DNA of 64,000 nucleotides from an uncultured Verrucomicrobiota bacterium (GTDB lineage: Bacteria; Verrucomicrobiota; Verrucomicrobiia; Limisphaerales; CAIMTB01): the NCBI GenBank assembly GCA_964389135.1, contig CAYMDA010000012.1:8033-72032 (forward strand), given 5' to 3'. This document shows positions 46,855 through 57,090 of the stretch, piece after piece. The position numbers and the translations under genes were made by a program. The notes under the pieces were generated by a model that was given only the letters and a program-made list of their open reading frames with translations, made no database searches and had not been told where the DNA came from. Every line of letters starts with the position of its first letter. Position 1 is the first letter of the stretch.

Positions 46855-47219
46855 CGTGCCGCCGCCTTGGCGGAGACCGCCTGGTTGCGCTCGTCGAGCA
46901 CGAGGACGCGGGGCTGCCATTCGATGGCCATCGCGCGTTCGACTTCGGCGAAGGCCATGATCGTGAGCCGGTCGCCGATGTCGCCGAGGTGCGCGACCGC
47001 CCCATTCAGTTCGATCGCCCCGGAACCGCGCGGGCCCGGAATGGCATAGGTCTCCCAGCGTTCCCCGTTGGCCATGTTGCTGCAGAGGATCCGCTCGTAG
47101 GGATGGATGCCGACCGCCTCCATGAGGTCCTCGGCAATCGTGAGACTGCCTTCGTAGTGGAGACTCGCGCCCGTCACGGTGGCGCGGTGAAGCTTCGATT
47201 TGAGCAGGTGAACCCGCAT
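46851..47219 (-). CDS. panD: Aspartate 1-decarboxylase (pyruvoyl-dependent)
   Basis: [28 protein letters not shown] (Gly-Ser self-cleavage site) and [23 protein letters not shown]. Near-collinear with E. coli PanD. Confidence 0.92.
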   Translation of the reverse strand: MRVHLLKSKLHRATVTGASLHYEGSLTIAEDLMEAVGIHPYERILCSNMANGERWETYAIPGPRGSGAIELNGAVAHLGDIGDRLTIMAFAEVERAMAIEWQPRVLVLDERNQAVSAKAAAR

Positions 47220-47449
47220 GATAGCCGACGCCGGTCCGGTGGTGTCCTGAACGCCCGCCGCAAGGGGAGCCGGGGCGGGACCAACCGCGAAGGCGCCACG
47301 AATATACGGCGGCATGTCGATCGAACAATCCCCCATTTGCGGCCGGGGCGGCGGCGCCGGACGTTGACGCGCCGGGCGCCGCCGGGAGACACTGAGCCCC
47401 GGTTTTCCGCGATCACGATCAGATTGTCTGGAACATCATCGATCTCTCT

Positions 47450-48613
47450 ATGGCAGACAAAGTACTTCGGGTTGGAATGGTCGGTTACAACTTCATGGGG
47501 AAGGCCCATTCGAACGCGTGGCGGCAGGTGAATCACTTCTTCCCCGACCTTCCGGCGAGGGTGGAGTTGCACACGCTGTGCGGCCGGAATCCGGACGCGA
47601 CGGCAAAGCACGCCCGGATCTACGGCTGGGCCCACACGTCCAACGATTTCAACGCCCTCCTCGCCAACCCCGAGATCGACATCATCGACATCACCAGCCC
47701 CAACAACCAGCACGCCGAGATGGCGATCGCCGCGTGCAAGGCGGGCAAGGCGGTCCTCTGCGAGAAGCCGCTCGCCATGAACGTCGAGGAGGCGAAGGCG
47801 GTGGTCGCCGCCGCACGGGAGAACCGGACCATCAACATGGTCTGCCATAACTACCGGCGCGCCCCGGCGATCGCGTTCGCGAAGCAGATGATCGAGAACG
47901 GCGACCTCGGCGACCGGATCTTTCACTTCCGCGCGCGCTACGCGCAGGACTGGATCGTCGATCCGAACTTCCCGCTGGTCTGGCGCCTCCAGAAGGAGGT
48001 CGCCGGGTCCGGATCCCACGGCGACCTCGCCGCCCACCTCATCGATGTCGCGCACTACCTCGTCGGCGGCATCCGCGAGGTCTGCGGCCTCATGGAGACG
48101 TTCATCAAGCAGCGGCCGGTGCTCGCCGAAGTCGGCGCCGGGCTCAGCGCCCGCGCGGGCCAGACCATGGGCGAGGTCACGGTGGATGACGCGGTCAGCT
48201 TCGTCGGGCGCTTCGAGAACGGCGCCATCTGCAACATCGAGGCGACACGCTTCGCGACCGGCCACAAGAACGGGATGGAGTTCGAGATCAACGGGAACAA
48301 GGGGTCGATCTACTTCTCGTTCGAGGACATGAACCGGCTCAAGTTCTACAGCGCCGCGGATCCCGCCGGAAAACAGGGTTTCAGGGACATCCTCGTGAGC
48401 GAACCCGGCGTGCACCCCTACTGGTCCGCATGGTGGCCCCCGGGACACATCATCGGCTACGAGCACACCTTCGTCCACACGGTGGCCGACTTCATCACGA
48501 ACGTCGTCGAGGGGAAGAACACGCATCCCACGTTCGAGGACGGCCTCCAGTGCCAGCGGGTTCTCGACGCGGTGGACGAGTCGGTCCGCAACAAGGCGTG
48601 GGCCCAGGTTTGA
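47450..48613 (+). CDS. Gfo/Idh/MocA-family NAD(P)-dependent oxidoreductase
   Basis: LRVGMVGYNFMGKAHSNAW, VLCEKPLA, and a C-terminal alpha/beta domain (GDLAAHLIDVAHYL). Confidence 0.85.
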   Translation: MADKVLRVGMVGYNFMGKAHSNAWRQVNHFFPDLPARVELHTLCGRNPDATAKHARIYGWAHTSNDFNALLANPEIDIIDITSPNNQHAEMAIAACKAGKAVLCEKPLAMNVEEAKAVVAAARENRTINMVCHNYRRAPAIAFAKQMIENGDLGDRIFHFRARYAQDWIVDPNFPLVWRLQKEVAGSGSHGDLAAHLIDVAHYLVGGIREVCGLMETFIKQRPVLAEVGAGLSARAGQTMGEVTVDDAVSFVGRFENGAICNIEATRFATGHKNGMEFEINGNKGSIYFSFEDMNRLKFYSAADPAGKQGFRDILVSEPGVHPYWSAWWPPGHIIGYEHTFVHTVADFITNVVEGKNTHPTFEDGLQCQRVLDAVDESVRNKAWAQV

Positions 48614-48717
48614 TGGGCCGCCTTTGGCGGCGCGGGGAGGTGTCGTCTCCGCGCTCCGGCGCCAACCGAACGCGGTCCTTCCACGTTCGCCGAAGCGGAT
48701 CGGGCGGCGGTCCGGCC

Positions 48718-48760
48718 AAACGGGGTGTCGGCTCGAACGGGCGGGCACCCCGTTTCCGTT
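48718..48760 (+). terminator. Hairpin terminator candidate downstream of the oxidoreductase gene
   Basis: AAACGGGGTG / CACCCCGTTT 10-bp stem with an 18-nt loop, followed by CCGTT. The T-tract is weak. Confidence 0.3.
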
Positions 48761-48799
48761 CCGCCTCCGGCATGGAAAGGCCGCGCGTTCGCGAGAGTG

Positions 48800-48836
48800 C
48801 GAACGAAAGAGGGTGATCCGGCTTCGGATCACCCTC
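48800..48836 (-). terminator. Rho-independent terminator candidate for the PEP-CTERM gene
   Basis: Perfect 12-bp stem GAGGGTGATCCG / CGGATCACCCTC, loop GCTT. On the minus strand it is followed by TCTTTCGTTC. Lies 34 nt after the stop at 48870. Confidence 0.5.
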
Positions 48837-48869
48837 CAGCGAAAGGGAAGCAGATCGGGGACGGGAGGC

Positions 48870-49676
48870 TTATGCGGCGAGCACGCGCCGACGCTGCATC
48901 CACGTGAGACCGCACAGCAGGCCAAGCCCGCCAACCGCGAACACCGTCCCGGACTCGGGTACCACCGTGAAGTTGGTGATGTTGAACTCGAACTCGAACC
49001 CGCTCTGCCCGATCAGGCTGGCCGTGATCCCGGGCATCGACGTGGAAAGATCTCCGATCGCGCTGGCCTCCGCATAGAAGCGGTACGTGCCAGGCGCAAG
49101 CACGCCGTAGGCGTTGAAACCCTCGTTCACACTGGTCGTCTCGAAGATCACTGAATTATAGGTGACCGACTCCAGATAGAACTCGTTGTCGAGCAGCGGG
49201 GAGCCCGGCGAACCGGCGCCGATGTCGGTGAACACCGAGCCCACAAGCGTGAACGGCGTGAACGTGTCGATCGTGAAGACGAGGTCGAAGAGCGAGACCG
49301 CCTCGCTCGACGCCGTGGCAAGCCCGGGCAGCGTGCCGGGCCGCTGGATCAGCAGGTCGATGCTCGCGAGGCCCGACGCGGATATGCTGGAGACGGAGTG
49401 ATCCGAAACCTGGGTCGCCACCGCATCCGCGAAGGAGGAGGCACGCGGGGAGGCGCTGATCGCGGCCGCGGAGGCCGAAGCCGTCGCATCGAACAAACCG
49501 AACCCGGGGGCGTTCACTGAATCCGCATCGTTCGATCCGGGCACTCCGGGAACGACCGCCTCGGCGGAGGCGCTGACGGAACGCGACTGGGAAACCGGCG
49601 TGAGCGCCAAAGCACTGGGTACGGACGCCGTCAGTGCGATGGTGACTACGAGCGGCAAGTTGGTCTGGGTTCGCAT
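48870..49676 (-). CDS. PEP-CTERM sorting-domain secreted protein
   Basis: Signal peptide MRTQTNLPLVVTIALTASVPSALA. S/A-rich body. C-terminal VPESGTVFAVGGLGLLCGLTWMQRRR (PEP-like motif, TM, then basic tail). Confidence 0.75.
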   Translation of the reverse strand: MRTQTNLPLVVTIALTASVPSALALTPVSQSRSVSASAEAVVPGVPGSNDADSVNAPGFGLFDATASASAAAISASPRASSFADAVATQVSDHSVSSISASGLASIDLLIQRPGTLPGLATASSEAVSLFDLVFTIDTFTPFTLVGSVFTDIGAGSPGSPLLDNEFYLESVTYNSVIFETTSVNEGFNAYGVLAPGTYRFYAEASAIGDLSTSMPGITASLIGQSGFEFEFNITNFTVVPESGTVFAVGGLGLLCGLTWMQRRRVLAA

Positions 49677-49743
49677 AAGTCGTCTCGCTACGCAGCGCTT
49701 GGGGTGAGGCTGGCGATCTGCAAGATCCCTGTCAAGGAGATGA

Positions 49744-50568
49744 TTAGATTGTCCCCGCCGGCTCCGAGGAGCTGGAAGTTGCCTCCCGTGAACCCGCCCC
49801 GGCGGGGCGCGACCCGGGTTCCACCAGTTCCCGCAAGGCACGCGCCTCGGCGAGGAGTTCCCTCGCGGCCTCCAGGGTCTCGCCGCCTTCCCCGGCGGCG
49901 GACTCGCTGCGGTCGGGCTCCGCGGGATGCGCATCCGGGTCGCCGAGGCCCGTGTCCTTCAGCCGGCGAAGATGCGCGAGGATGAGATCCCGGATCTCCT
50001 CCGCGTTATCCACCCCGTGGAAGGAAGCCACGTGGGACTCCGCCGCCATTCCTCCCTTCGGTCCGGGAGAGCCGCCGCCGGCGCTTCGGACGCGGAGGTT
50101 CGCGATGCCCAGCAGGCGGTGAATCGGGCCCTGGGAGACAGTCATCTCCTGGATGTTCGCGAACGTCATCGTGAGTTCCTCGACCGTCCAGATCCCGGAG
50201 CGAATGCGCAGGCTGCGGTCCGTGACGAGGTACCATCGCAGTTCGTAATCGAGGCGGGTGGCGGCGAGGGTGAACGGGATCTGGATGAAGAAGACCAGGA
50301 TGCCGAGGCCCTCGAGCATCAGCAGCAGGGGGGCGAAGCCCTCGAAGGGGATTTGTGTTCCTGCATGGGTCCGCATTCCCTGGAGCCCGATCACGGCCAT
50401 GATGACGCCGCCAAGCGCCGAGAGCTGCCGGAATCCCCACTGGATCAGGCGGAGGCGGTAGAAGGCGGGGGCGGCGCGAAACACCCGCAGCGAACCCGGG
50501 GCGCCCGCGGGTGGCTGGGGTTCGGGAGGAATCCGGAGTGCCCGGAGGACGAAGCTGGAACCGATCAT
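49744..50568 (-). CDS. bPH (bacterial PH, DUF304/YdbT-like) membrane protein
   Basis: TM hairpin, then YELRWYLVTDRSLRIRSGIWTVEELTMTFANIQEMTVSQGPIHRLLGIANLRVRSAGG. ATGA overlap with the upstream gene at 50565-50568. Confidence 0.7.
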   Translation of the reverse strand: MIGSSFVLRALRIPPEPQPPAGAPGSLRVFRAAPAFYRLRLIQWGFRQLSALGGVIMAVIGLQGMRTHAGTQIPFEGFAPLLLMLEGLGILVFFIQIPFTLAATRLDYELRWYLVTDRSLRIRSGIWTVEELTMTFANIQEMTVSQGPIHRLLGIANLRVRSAGGGSPGPKGGMAAESHVASFHGVDNAEEIRDLILAHLRRLKDTGLGDPDAHPAEPDRSESAAGEGGETLEAARELLAEARALRELVEPGSRPAGAGSREATSSSSEPAGTI

Positions 50569-51140
50569 GTCCGTGGCAGGCGCGCGGCCAGCGTCTCGCG
50601 AATGGAGCGCAGTTCCCCCGCGATCTCCCGCAGGATCCCGGCGAGCTCGCGGGAGTCCTGAACGTGTGGCGCGCTCGCGGAAGGCCGCGCCGTCCGGGCA
50701 TGGTGGTCGCCCTCGCGTGCTCCGCGCATGCGCTCGTAGAGAAAGTCCCGGATCTGCTCGTAGTTCGGAAAGCCCTCCAGGGTCATCTCGGCCTCGGAAG
50801 ATCCCGTGGCCGTCTGGATCTGGATGCGCGCGAGGCCGAGCCACCGCTCGATGAGGTTCGCCCGGATCTGGATGTCCTGAATCCTCGCGTAGTTCAGGAC
50901 GATCTCGCGGCGGAACAGGATTCCCCAGCGCATTGACACGCCCTCGGCGTCGAAGCGGTACCGCAGCGTGTGATATCGGAAGTACAGCGGGAGGATCAGG
51001 AACGGGAACAGCGGCGGAATGATGAGCGACTGCAGAATGTAACAGGTGAGCAGGCTCGGACTCGGGCGCTCGAGCGATTCGATGGAACTGGACGTCGCCG
51101 AGGTCATGAGGAGCGACAGGTGTCGCATGCTCGCGCGCAC
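50565..51140 (-). CDS. bPH (DUF304/YdbS-like) membrane protein
   Basis: TM hairpin (LLTCYILQSLIIPPLFPFLILPLYF), then YRFDAEGVSMRWGILFRREIVLNYARIQDIQIRANLIERWLGLARIQIQTA. Confidence 0.7.
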   Translation of the reverse strand: MRASMRHLSLLMTSATSSSIESLERPSPSLLTCYILQSLIIPPLFPFLILPLYFRYHTLRYRFDAEGVSMRWGILFRREIVLNYARIQDIQIRANLIERWLGLARIQIQTATGSSEAEMTLEGFPNYEQIRDFLYERMRGAREGDHHARTARPSASAPHVQDSRELAGILREIAGELRSIRETLAARLPRT

Positions 51141-51200
51141 GGCGCAAGGCGCGGCACGCCGGGCCGGAACCCGACGTGCCGCTCGCCCCCGCGGCGGGAA

Positions 51201-53390
51201 TCACGGTGCACCAGGCTGCCGGGGCAGGCGGACCTGGATGACGTCGCCGCGGATGTCCACCTCGGTGGAGTCATCGCCGGGCGTGAAGAGCCGCAGGGGG
51301 CGCGACGGCACCCCGTGGACATGCACGCGGATGCGTTCGGGCTCCGCGGTCACATCAAGGCGGACGTCGTGCAGCCGAATCCCGCGAACCGTCAGGGAGG
51401 GCCACGCCGCGGGAAGGCGCGGGGCCACCAGGCAGCCGTCCATGCGCGGGCGGAAGCCAAGGAATCCGTACAGCATCACCTGGGGGACCATGACGCTCTC
51501 GAAGAACTCGTGGTCGAGCCCGAGGCCGCCCGCGGTGCCGCCCCCCTGGAGCGTGCCCCTTTGCGGCTGGGCGTAGTAGGCGCGGTATCCCCCCGCCTCG
51601 CGGACCTCTCGGTACCATCGGATGATCTCGCGCAGCCGGTTCCATGCGTCGTCCGGACCGTTGACGTCGAGGCGCGCCATGAGGTCGTGGAAGCTGAAGC
51701 CGAGCACCGCTCCGCCGTCCTGCACCTGGCCGCCCCACGGGATGCTCGCCGGATCCGACCAGCCCCAGAAGTACGACTGGACATTCCGCCGGGTCGTCGC
51801 GCGCGGACCGAACCGCCAGTGGTAGATGTCCAGCCCGGTTGACGTGTCGCCGGGAACCGTGCGTCGTCCGTCGATCCAGTCCCGGATGGAACGCGCGTGT
51901 TCCGGCGTGGCGAAGCCGTAATAGATCGCCTCGTTGTTCACGAACGTGAACCCGTAGTCATGCGCGTGCCCCGTGGAATCGATCCACCCGGCGAACCGTC
52001 CGGCCGTCGAGTTCCAGAAGCGCTGATTGCCGGCGGACTGGATCGCCCGCGACAGCGCGACGAGCTCCGCCGGTGGAAACCGCAGCGGACCGGAAGGAAT
52101 GTTCCACCCGGGGTGGCGTTCGATCTGACGTTCGAGCGCGGCCATTCGCCGGATCGCGTCGAAGTAGTAGATCGTGGCGAGGGCATCCTCCCCCCCGAAC
52201 GGGAGCAGATCCCAGTAGTTGTTGCCCACCCCCACACCGGGAAGCAGGACGCGTTTGCCGTCGGGGTTGATCTGGTGGCCGCTGCGGCCGTCGTGGCCGA
52301 CCCACGGCGTGACCACCACGTGCCGTTCCGCGATGTCAAATTCCTTCAGGGCCCACGCGAGCGCCAGCCGCATCGACTGGATGTTCTCCCGGAGGAAGCG
52401 GAGGTCGCCCGTCCAGCGAAGGTAGTCGTCGCAGGCCTGCAGGTACGCGGCGTTGTTGATGTTGTGACGGCTGTCGATCGCGGAGAACAGCCGCTGGAGG
52501 GTCCATTCGGCTCCGGCCGGCAGTCCGTGGATCCGGATCCGGAATCGCGTGAGGCGGCCCTCCCACGCGGGATGGCGATACAGCGGCACATGAACATCCG
52601 AGGACCGGTCATCCGCGCCGCCGAGGTTGAATGCCATCTGCTGCCCGGGCGGGAAATCGGCCTGGCCGGCGCATTGCCATTCGAGCATCCCGTGGGCGCC
52701 TTCCGGCGCGGCTCCGGAGAACCGGATGCGAACGAAGGGCGCGACGGTGGCCGCAATGTCGAAGGCCGGCGTGGTGATGGAGACGACTCCGCCCGAGGCG
52801 ACGAGTGTCCAGCCCCGCTGCGGGTCGAGACGGGCGGTGTCCGCGCCCAGCACGGTCCAGTTCGTGACCGAGGCGGTCGCGTGCACGCCAAACTCGGGGC
52901 CGTACGGCACACCGCGCGTGGTGAAGTGCCAGCCGACGCCTCCCGCCTGGGTCCAGAGCGGGAAGGGCCATCCGTCGGCGTGCGCGAGCCCCTCGTGCTG
53001 GAGTGTCGAGACGTATCCCTCGGCGTCCATCGGACGACGCAGCAGCCGCCTGCGCCATTCCGCGCGGATGTCATCGAGCGCCGGCGCGTTCGTCGTGTCG
53101 AGCCAGAGCACCGACATCGGGATCCATGCGCCCCACAGCGTCGAATTCGGACCGGTGACCCGGTGCTGGTGAAACAGGTGCTCGAGCTCGGTCATGTCGC
53201 GCTCGTGCCCCGGCACTTCGAAGATGGCGGCCGCGGCGGGCATCGCCGCCGAAATCTGGGCGATCGCCGCGAGGACCAGCGCGGCCGCGCGCCGGACGCG
53301 GGAATTCCGCGTCCCGCGAAGGGGAGTGGCGTGGCGGTCGGAGGGAGAACGGCAGGTCGGGGGAGTTGTCATGAGTCGCACAAACTTCAT
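51201..53390 (-). CDS. Secreted hypothetical protein, possibly an (alpha/alpha)6-barrel glycoside-hydrolase-like enzyme
   Basis: R-rich signal (RVRRAAALVLAAIAQISAAMPAAAA). The long ORF has normal composition. NNYWDLLPFGGEDALATIYYFDAIRRMAALE and YGFLGFRP resemble six-hairpin GH cores, but the family is not assignable by eye. ATGA overlap with the adaptor gene stop. Confidence 0.55.
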   Translation of the reverse strand: MKFVRLMTTPPTCRSPSDRHATPLRGTRNSRVRRAAALVLAAIAQISAAMPAAAAIFEVPGHERDMTELEHLFHQHRVTGPNSTLWGAWIPMSVLWLDTTNAPALDDIRAEWRRRLLRRPMDAEGYVSTLQHEGLAHADGWPFPLWTQAGGVGWHFTTRGVPYGPEFGVHATASVTNWTVLGADTARLDPQRGWTLVASGGVVSITTPAFDIAATVAPFVRIRFSGAAPEGAHGMLEWQCAGQADFPPGQQMAFNLGGADDRSSDVHVPLYRHPAWEGRLTRFRIRIHGLPAGAEWTLQRLFSAIDSRHNINNAAYLQACDDYLRWTGDLRFLRENIQSMRLALAWALKEFDIAERHVVVTPWVGHDGRSGHQINPDGKRVLLPGVGVGNNYWDLLPFGGEDALATIYYFDAIRRMAALERQIERHPGWNIPSGPLRFPPAELVALSRAIQSAGNQRFWNSTAGRFAGWIDSTGHAHDYGFTFVNNEAIYYGFATPEHARSIRDWIDGRRTVPGDTSTGLDIYHWRFGPRATTRRNVQSYFWGWSDPASIPWGGQVQDGGAVLGFSFHDLMARLDVNGPDDAWNRLREIIRWYREVREAGGYRAYYAQPQRGTLQGGGTAGGLGLDHEFFESVMVPQVMLYGFLGFRPRMDGCLVAPRLPAAWPSLTVRGIRLHDVRLDVTAEPERIRVHVHGVPSRPLRLFTPGDDSTEVDIRGDVIQVRLPRQPGAP

Positions 53391-54634
53391 TGCGAGGAGA
53401 CCTGGACCGGGCGCACGCGCGCTCCGTCCTCGACGCGGTCGCCTGGATAGAGAATGACCGTTTCGCCCGGTTCGAGTCCCTCGAGGATCTGGGTCTCGGT
53501 CTGGCTCGCCTCGCCGGTGCGCACGGGTCGAAGGACGGCGCGGCCATCGCGCATGACGAACACGGCCCAGCCGTCGCCGCGGTGGAAGAGGGCCCCGGCC
53601 GGAATCTTGAGTGCGTCCGGCTCCTCCCGGACGATGATGCGGGCGTCCACCCGGAAGCGATCGCCGAGCCCGGCGCGTTCCTCCGGCGGCGTGACGAGAT
53701 CGGCGACGACGCGCACCCGCTGTTCCTCGACACCGAGCGCGGAGACCTTCGTGAAAGCGGACGGTTCGACGAGGCGCACGCGGGCCTCCAGGGGGGGGCC
53801 GGGGCCCCAGTGATCCAGTTCGACGAGGGCGCCCGGCCGGATCCGGGCCCCGTCACGGGAAAGCACCTCGATCACGACCTCGAGGCGGTCGGGGTCGCCG
53901 ATCTCGAGCAGCGGCGTGCCCGCGGAGACGACCCGCGCATGCTCCTCGAGGACGCGGAGGACCCGTCCGGTTGTCGGTGAGAGGACCTCCACGGGCGCGG
54001 CCGCAGAGACTCCCGGAGCCGGGGTGCCGGCGCCCTGCCGATCGAGCTCGAGCAGCTCGGCCTCCGCCTGGCGCAGAGCGCTGGTGGCGGCGGCGAGATC
54101 GCGCGCGGCGGCAGTCTCCCGCCAGCGCATGTCCTCGAGCTCCTGCTCGGAGATGACCTGGTCGCGAAAAAGGCGCTCGAACCGGGCGAGCTCGCTCGCC
54201 GCGAACTCATGGGCGGCCCGGGCCTTGTCGAGCTGCGCGGCGGCGGAATCGCGGCGGGCCACGGCCACGGAACGGCTCCTCGCGTCGAGCGGGGCCGGGC
54301 TGAGCGGATCCAGCACGGCGACCACGCTGACGTCCTGTGTCACGACCGAGCCTTCCTCGAGCGGCGTGCGGCGCAGATGCCCGTTCACCGGCGCGCTCAC
54401 GACGAAGCGTTCGCGGACGCGCGTGTGGCCTTCCTCGGAAACCACCGAACGCAGCGGGCCGCGCACCGCCTCGGCGACCTCGACCGGAGCCGGCCGGGGG
54501 CGGAACGCGAGGATCAGCGCCGCCGCGACGAGCGCGAGCAGGGCGTAGGGCAGCCCTCGCCGGAGGCGGGAGCTTCGCGAGCGCGCGCCGATCCGCGTGG
54601 CCGCGCGTGTCTGTTCAGGCGGCGGAGCGCTCAT
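53387..54634 (-). CDS. HlyD/MacA-family periplasmic adaptor subunit
   Basis: N-terminal TM (LPYALLALVAAALILAF), a barrel-sandwich region with a long coiled-coil hairpin (AAAQLDKARAAHEFAASELARFERLF...ALRQAEAELLELD), and C-terminal beta domains. Start 54634; the ORF opens at 54739. Confidence 0.8.
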   Translation of the reverse strand: MSAPPPEQTRAATRIGARSRSSRLRRGLPYALLALVAAALILAFRPRPAPVEVAEAVRGPLRSVVSEEGHTRVRERFVVSAPVNGHLRRTPLEEGSVVTQDVSVVAVLDPLSPAPLDARSRSVAVARRDSAAAQLDKARAAHEFAASELARFERLFRDQVISEQELEDMRWRETAAARDLAAATSALRQAEAELLELDRQGAGTPAPGVSAAAPVEVLSPTTGRVLRVLEEHARVVSAGTPLLEIGDPDRLEVVIEVLSRDGARIRPGALVELDHWGPGPPLEARVRLVEPSAFTKVSALGVEEQRVRVVADLVTPPEERAGLGDRFRVDARIIVREEPDALKIPAGALFHRGDGWAVFVMRDGRAVLRPVRTGEASQTETQILEGLEPGETVILYPGDRVEDGARVRPVQVSSQ

Positions 54635-54710
54635 GGAACGCAGTCGGCGCGAGGGCCATCGGCGGCCGGGCGGAGGGGGACGAGGTGGGTTGGGGAAGGT
54701 CGCATGACAA

Positions 54711-57077
54711 TCACTCGGGAGCCTTGAGCGCGCCGACAAGGTCCAGCCTTCGAAGGCGGCGCAGGACGACCGCGGCCGACATGGCGGAGGCCGCCGCCAC
54801 GGTGAGCACCGCGAACGCGAAGTTGTGCGGGGTCAGCACCAGCGGCAGGCGAACCGTCTCCGTGTTCACGAGGCCCAGGATGCCGCCGGCGAAGCCCGCG
54901 CCCATGACGAGCCCGATCGCCACCGCGACGGCCGCGAGCAGGCCGAGCTCGATCATGAGGATCGCGCCGACCTCGCGTTGCGTGAACCCGATGACGCGCA
55001 GCGTGGCGAGCTCGCGACCGCGCTCCGCGAGCGAGATGCGGGCGTTGTTGTACACGACGCCGAAGGCCACCACCGTGGCGAACACGAGGTACACGGTCTG
55101 GATCAGGTTGATGCTCGCCGCCGTGGTCCGGCGGAAATTCTCGCGCAGGCTCGCCTTGATGCCGACCCAGCTCACGGCCGGGATCTCCTTGAGCGCGCGC
55201 AGGAAGTCGGCGCGGCGCCGGGCGTCGATCGTGAAGCTGGCGCCGCTCACGAGGTCGCCCTCCATCAGCATCCGGTTGAGGGCGTCGAGCTCCATCCATG
55301 CGGAGACGCCCGTCGAATCGTCGGCGAGCCCGACGAGCGGGACCGCCCTGCGCACGCGCCGTCCGTCGAGCACATCGAGGATCAGCTCGTCGCCGACGCG
55401 CGCGCCGAGCACCTCGGCGAGCTTCCGGGACACGACCACGCCATGGCGCGGGACCGGCACCTCGCGATAGCCGCGCTCGATGATCCGGCTGTGGCGGGTG
55501 TCGGCCGGCAGACCCTGGATGGCGAGCTGCCGGCTGCGGTGGCCGTGGCGAATCCGGACCGGCACCGCGCGGAACGGCTCGACCGCCAGCGCGCCGGGAA
55601 GGTGGCGGAGTTCATGAACGACGGAGACATGTTCCGGGTCGAAGAGGCCGATGTTGATGTCCTGTCGCTGCACGACGTCCCACTGGAAGCCGAGGAGCTC
55701 GGCGACGCTGTCGCGGAACGAGTTCGGCACAATGAGGAGGGCGGTGGCCAGCGATAATCCCGCGATGGTGAAGAGCGCCTGGGCGGGGCGCCGCTCCAGA
55801 TTGCGCACCCCGATGCGGAACGCGTGCGAGAACAGCCGCGCGACCCCGAGCCGCTCGATGAACGCGGGCCGGAAGCTGGCGGGCGGTTCGGGGCGCATGG
55901 CCTCCGCGGGGGGCAGCCGCGCCGCGCGCCGCACGACCCCCAGCACGCCGGCCAGGGCCGCAATCACGCCCACGCCCACCGCGATCGCCACCGCCGCCGT
56001 GTCCAGTCGGAACGCGAGTTCCGGGAAGCGGAAGAACATGTGGTACATCCCGACGAGGCGCCGGCCAAGGGCGACGCCGAGCAGGGTCCCGAGCACCGTT
56101 CCCGCCGCGACGGGCACGATCGCGAACTTCAGGTAGTGGAGGGCGATCGAGCGGTTGTCGAAGCCGAACGCCTTCAGGATGGCGATCTGTTCCCGCTGCA
56201 GCGCGAGCAGGCGCGAGAGCACGGCGTGCGTCATGAACGCGGCCACGCTCAGGAACACCAGCGGGAAGCCGACCGAGAGCGTCTGCAGCACGCGGATCTC
56301 GTCGGTCACCCGGATGTCCGAGGCGTGATCCGCGCGGCCGTACGCGCCCCGCGAGCCGTGCGAATCGAGCAGCGCGTCGAGGCTCGCGATCACCGCCCGC
56401 TCGGTCGCGCCCGGCGCGAGCGCCACCGCGAGGTGGTTGAACGCGCCGTCGAGGTCGAACGCCGCGGCGAGGTCGCGCTCGCGCATCCAGAAGATGCCGT
56501 ACGTGCGGTTGTCCGGAAGCGCGGCGCCGGGGCGGGATTCGAAGATGAACTCGGGGGAGAGCACGATCCCGGCGATGCGCAGCACTTCGCGCCGGCCGTT
56601 GAGCAGCATCACCAGCGAATCGCCGGGCTCGAGGCGGTTCGCGTCGGCGAACGCCTCACCCACCAGGACCTCGCGTCGGCTGTCCGGCCGGAGCCACCGT
56701 CCGCGGCGCAGGAACAGGCGGTTGAGCGCGGGCTCGCCCGAGTCGGGCACGGACCGCACCATGCCGCTCGCGGGCTCATCCAGGTCCGCGAGGTCGAGGG
56801 TGACCTGCGCGGAGATGGCGGGCTGCACCATGGCCACCCCGGGGAGCTCGCCCGCCCGGCGGGCGACGTCGAGCGGCGCGCGTTTCAGGTCCACGAACAC
56901 ATCCGCGAACCGGTGCGACCGGTAGTAGGCGTCGCGCGCCGACTCGAGCGAATGGATCAGGCTCCGCGCCATGATGAGCATCGCGAGCCCGCACGCCATG
57001 ACCACCGCGACCGCGGCCATCTGGCCCTTGAGGCGGGTCAGGTCGCGGAGGAGTTTTCGATCGAGCTGTGAGGTCAT
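54711..57077 (-). CDS. ABC transporter permease with duplicated FtsX/MacB-type domains (about 788 aa)
   Basis: LLRDLTRLKGQ start. Two 4-TM FtsX modules, each preceded by a large periplasmic domain. Lies 13 nt after the ATPase gene. Confidence 0.85.
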   Translation of the reverse strand: MTSQLDRKLLRDLTRLKGQMAAVAVVMACGLAMLIMARSLIHSLESARDAYYRSHRFADVFVDLKRAPLDVARRAGELPGVAMVQPAISAQVTLDLADLDEPASGMVRSVPDSGEPALNRLFLRRGRWLRPDSRREVLVGEAFADANRLEPGDSLVMLLNGRREVLRIAGIVLSPEFIFESRPGAALPDNRTYGIFWMRERDLAAAFDLDGAFNHLAVALAPGATERAVIASLDALLDSHGSRGAYGRADHASDIRVTDEIRVLQTLSVGFPLVFLSVAAFMTHAVLSRLLALQREQIAILKAFGFDNRSIALHYLKFAIVPVAAGTVLGTLLGVALGRRLVGMYHMFFRFPELAFRLDTAAVAIAVGVGVIAALAGVLGVVRRAARLPPAEAMRPEPPASFRPAFIERLGVARLFSHAFRIGVRNLERRPAQALFTIAGLSLATALLIVPNSFRDSVAELLGFQWDVVQRQDINIGLFDPEHVSVVHELRHLPGALAVEPFRAVPVRIRHGHRSRQLAIQGLPADTRHSRIIERGYREVPVPRHGVVVSRKLAEVLGARVGDELILDVLDGRRVRRAVPLVGLADDSTGVSAWMELDALNRMLMEGDLVSGASFTIDARRRADFLRALKEIPAVSWVGIKASLRENFRRTTAASINLIQTVYLVFATVVAFGVVYNNARISLAERGRELATLRVIGFTQREVGAILMIELGLLAAVAVAIGLVMGAGFAGGILGLVNTETVRLPLVLTPHNFAFAVLTVAAASAMSAAVVLRRLRRLDLVGALKAPE

Positions 57078-57090
57078 TCGGCGGACGCGG